Virus record (IMG/VR): IMGVR_UViG_3300045988_137512
Coordinates: 10,274-42,273 of that record
Length of the DNA: 32,000 bases
DNA from: a virus
Reading direction: 5' to 3' (one strand)
Shown: in pieces, positions 31,189 to 32,000 of the stretch
How the letters are laid out: every line of letters begins with the position of its first letter
Numbering within the stretch: position 1 is the stretch's first letter
Made by a program: the position numbers and the translations under genes
Notes under the pieces: generated by a model
What the model was told of the DNA's origin: nothing
Database searches by the model: none
What the model saw: the letters and a program-made list of their open reading frames with translations, nothing else

Positions 31189-31511
31189 TCTCCAGCATCC
31201 TGTTGAACATATAGTTCAATCGTATCTCCGGATGGGAATGTACGATACACCGCATACTTTTTGTCGTTGTATTTCACTGTCGTTTCATCATTGTAATCAA
31301 TAGTAGGAATAACAAGCTTATACGCTAGCTGTATGCCTGCCTGGTAGGCTTCATTAAATTCTTTTGAATAAATTCCACCAACACGACAGAATACTTCCTT
31401 CTCCGTTTCATTAACATGTTCCACACCATCTGCATCCACATATCTTTCTTTTTCAATTAGATATGCCACATCGTAATAAAGATTATTCTCACGAGTATAT
31501 TCATATGCCAT
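31176..31511 (-). CDS. Head closure/head-tail adaptor protein (111 aa)
   Basis: Position after the connector, with a GAAGGTGA ribosome-binding site. Confidence 0.5.
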   Translation of the reverse strand: MAYEYTRENNLYYDVAYLIEKERYVDADGVEHVNETEKEVFCRVGGIYSKEFNEAYQAGIQLAYKLVIPTIDYNDETTVKYNDKKYAVYRTFPSGDTIELYVQQDAGEWKQ

Positions 31512-31512
31512 A

Positions 31513-31815
31513 CTATCTCACCTTCTTATGGGATTTATCTGTCATAAGAATCTGACGTAAATCCTCATATGTTTTAGCCATTGATTCTTTATATGAAGCA
31601 TCCGTTGTACCAAATTTTGACTTTACATATGTTATTACCGCTACTACAATTTCATCTTCTAAATCATCTTCATCAAATAAGATATTTAATCTATCCAAAT
31701 CATATAAACATGCATTGATATATGTTTTGATTTCATCATCATAAACATGTGATTTAGCTCTTGTAGCAGCAGTTCTAACACGTTCTAGAAGGCTTTCAGA
31801 AATATTGAACGCCAT
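31513..31815 (-). CDS. gp6-like head-tail connector protein (100 aa)
   Basis: Size, helical sequence, AGGTGA ribosome-binding site, and position as first gene of the head-tail joining block. Confidence 0.5.
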   Translation of the reverse strand: MAFNISESLLERVRTAATRAKSHVYDDEIKTYINACLYDLDRLNILFDEDDLEDEIVVAVITYVKSKFGTTDASYKESMAKTYEDLRQILMTDKSHKKVR

Positions 31816-31825
31816 TATCTATCAC

Positions 31826-32000
31826 CTAAGCTTTCTTCGCACTGTTTTTTCGAGTGGCTTTCTTAGGCTCATCATCTAATACAATAGGTTCATCATCAGG
31901 TAACGATTGTGTTCCTGTTTGGCTTTCATCTTTTGTAACATCTCCATTGCTTAAGCTACTTTTTTTTTTAACAAGAAGATGTATTGAGGATCTAATACTT
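31826..32000 (-). CDS. C-terminal fragment of an upstream head-module protein (partial)
   Basis: The frame is open from the window edge to a TAG at 31826-31828 (...TGTQSLPDDEPIVLDDEPKKATRKNSAKKA). Confidence 0.4.
   Translation of the reverse strand, partial: SIRSSIHLLVKKKSSLSNGDVTKDESQTGTQSLPDDEPIVLDDEPKKATRKNSAKKA

Larger units (their letters stand above)
1..32000 (-). mobile_element. Segment of a temperate siphovirus-type phage/prophage genome (replication, switch, lysogeny, attP, lysis, tail and head-tail modules)
   Basis: Dense co-oriented minus-strand ORFs in canonical phage module order. Contains integrase, repressor, holin/endolysin, tape measure, G/GT frameshift and major tail protein. 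Confidence 0.9.

Noticed and set aside
1028-31303. Plus-strand ORFs in the track that lie antisense to minus-strand genes. Examples: 1028-1330, 1631-1840, 1916-2128, 2822-3019, 3423-3695, 3831-4031, 4947-5171, 6501-6839, 7517-7885, 11569-12042, 12170-12379, 12546-12755, 12805-13005, 15247-15495, 16203-16442, 16776-17080, 21165-21350, 22569-22853, 23491-23958, 24313-24510, 25489-25758, 28501-28713, 30693-30917 and 31103-31303. The minus-strand 9244-9429 ORF, antisense to plus-strand ltp, is the same kind of artefact.
   Set aside because: They are shadow ORFs opposite well-supported genes. They have Leu/Phe/Ser/Ile-rich low-information translations, no ribosome-binding sites and no recognisable motifs.

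Overview
The window is almost entirely one temperate siphovirus-type phage or prophage genome, in the style of a low-GC Firmicutes host (strong AGGAGG-type ribosome-binding sites, AT-rich). Nearly all genes are on the minus strand. From left to right the modules are:
- 1-5.7 kb: early and replication genes (dimeric dUTPase-like, DUF3310, DnaC-like loader, DnaD/Phg_2220_C-type initiator with internal iterons).
- 5.7-7.5 kb: an accessory cassette with a second XerC/D-like tyrosine recombinase, small membrane proteins and one plus-strand gene.
- 7.5-8.5 kb: a genetic switch with divergent promoters, repeated ATAATACATTT operators and an XRE-type repressor.
- 8.6-9.6 kb: an Ltp-family superinfection-exclusion lipoprotein.
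- 9.6-10.9 kb: a largely non-coding stretch.
- 10.9-12.0 kb: the integrase.
- About 12.03-12.23 kb: an intact attP-like site with a 19-nt tRNA 3'-end mimic, core inverted repeats and arm repeats.
- 12.3-13.7 kb: endolysin and holin.
- 13.8-16.4 kb: an accessory island bounded by terminators.
- 16.5-31.8 kb: tail fibres, baseplate, Tal, Dit, tape measure, G/GT chaperones (-1 frameshift), major tail protein and head-tail joining genes.

The strongest candidates for something undescribed:
- The integrase-proximal module. It has a roughly 390-nt ORF-free, GC-enriched, hairpin-rich RNA candidate ending in a strong terminator, then a 57-aa ORF, a bidirectional terminator and a convergent small-RNA candidate.
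- A self-contained operon of tandem micro-ORFs joined by in-frame TAA-ATG junctions.
- A three-gene cassette of Q/N/M-rich proteins that splits the lysis region.
- A 130-bp patch of about 55-63% G+C at the 3' tip of a receptor-binding gene.

Every family assignment comes from motifs I recognised by eye. No database search was run.
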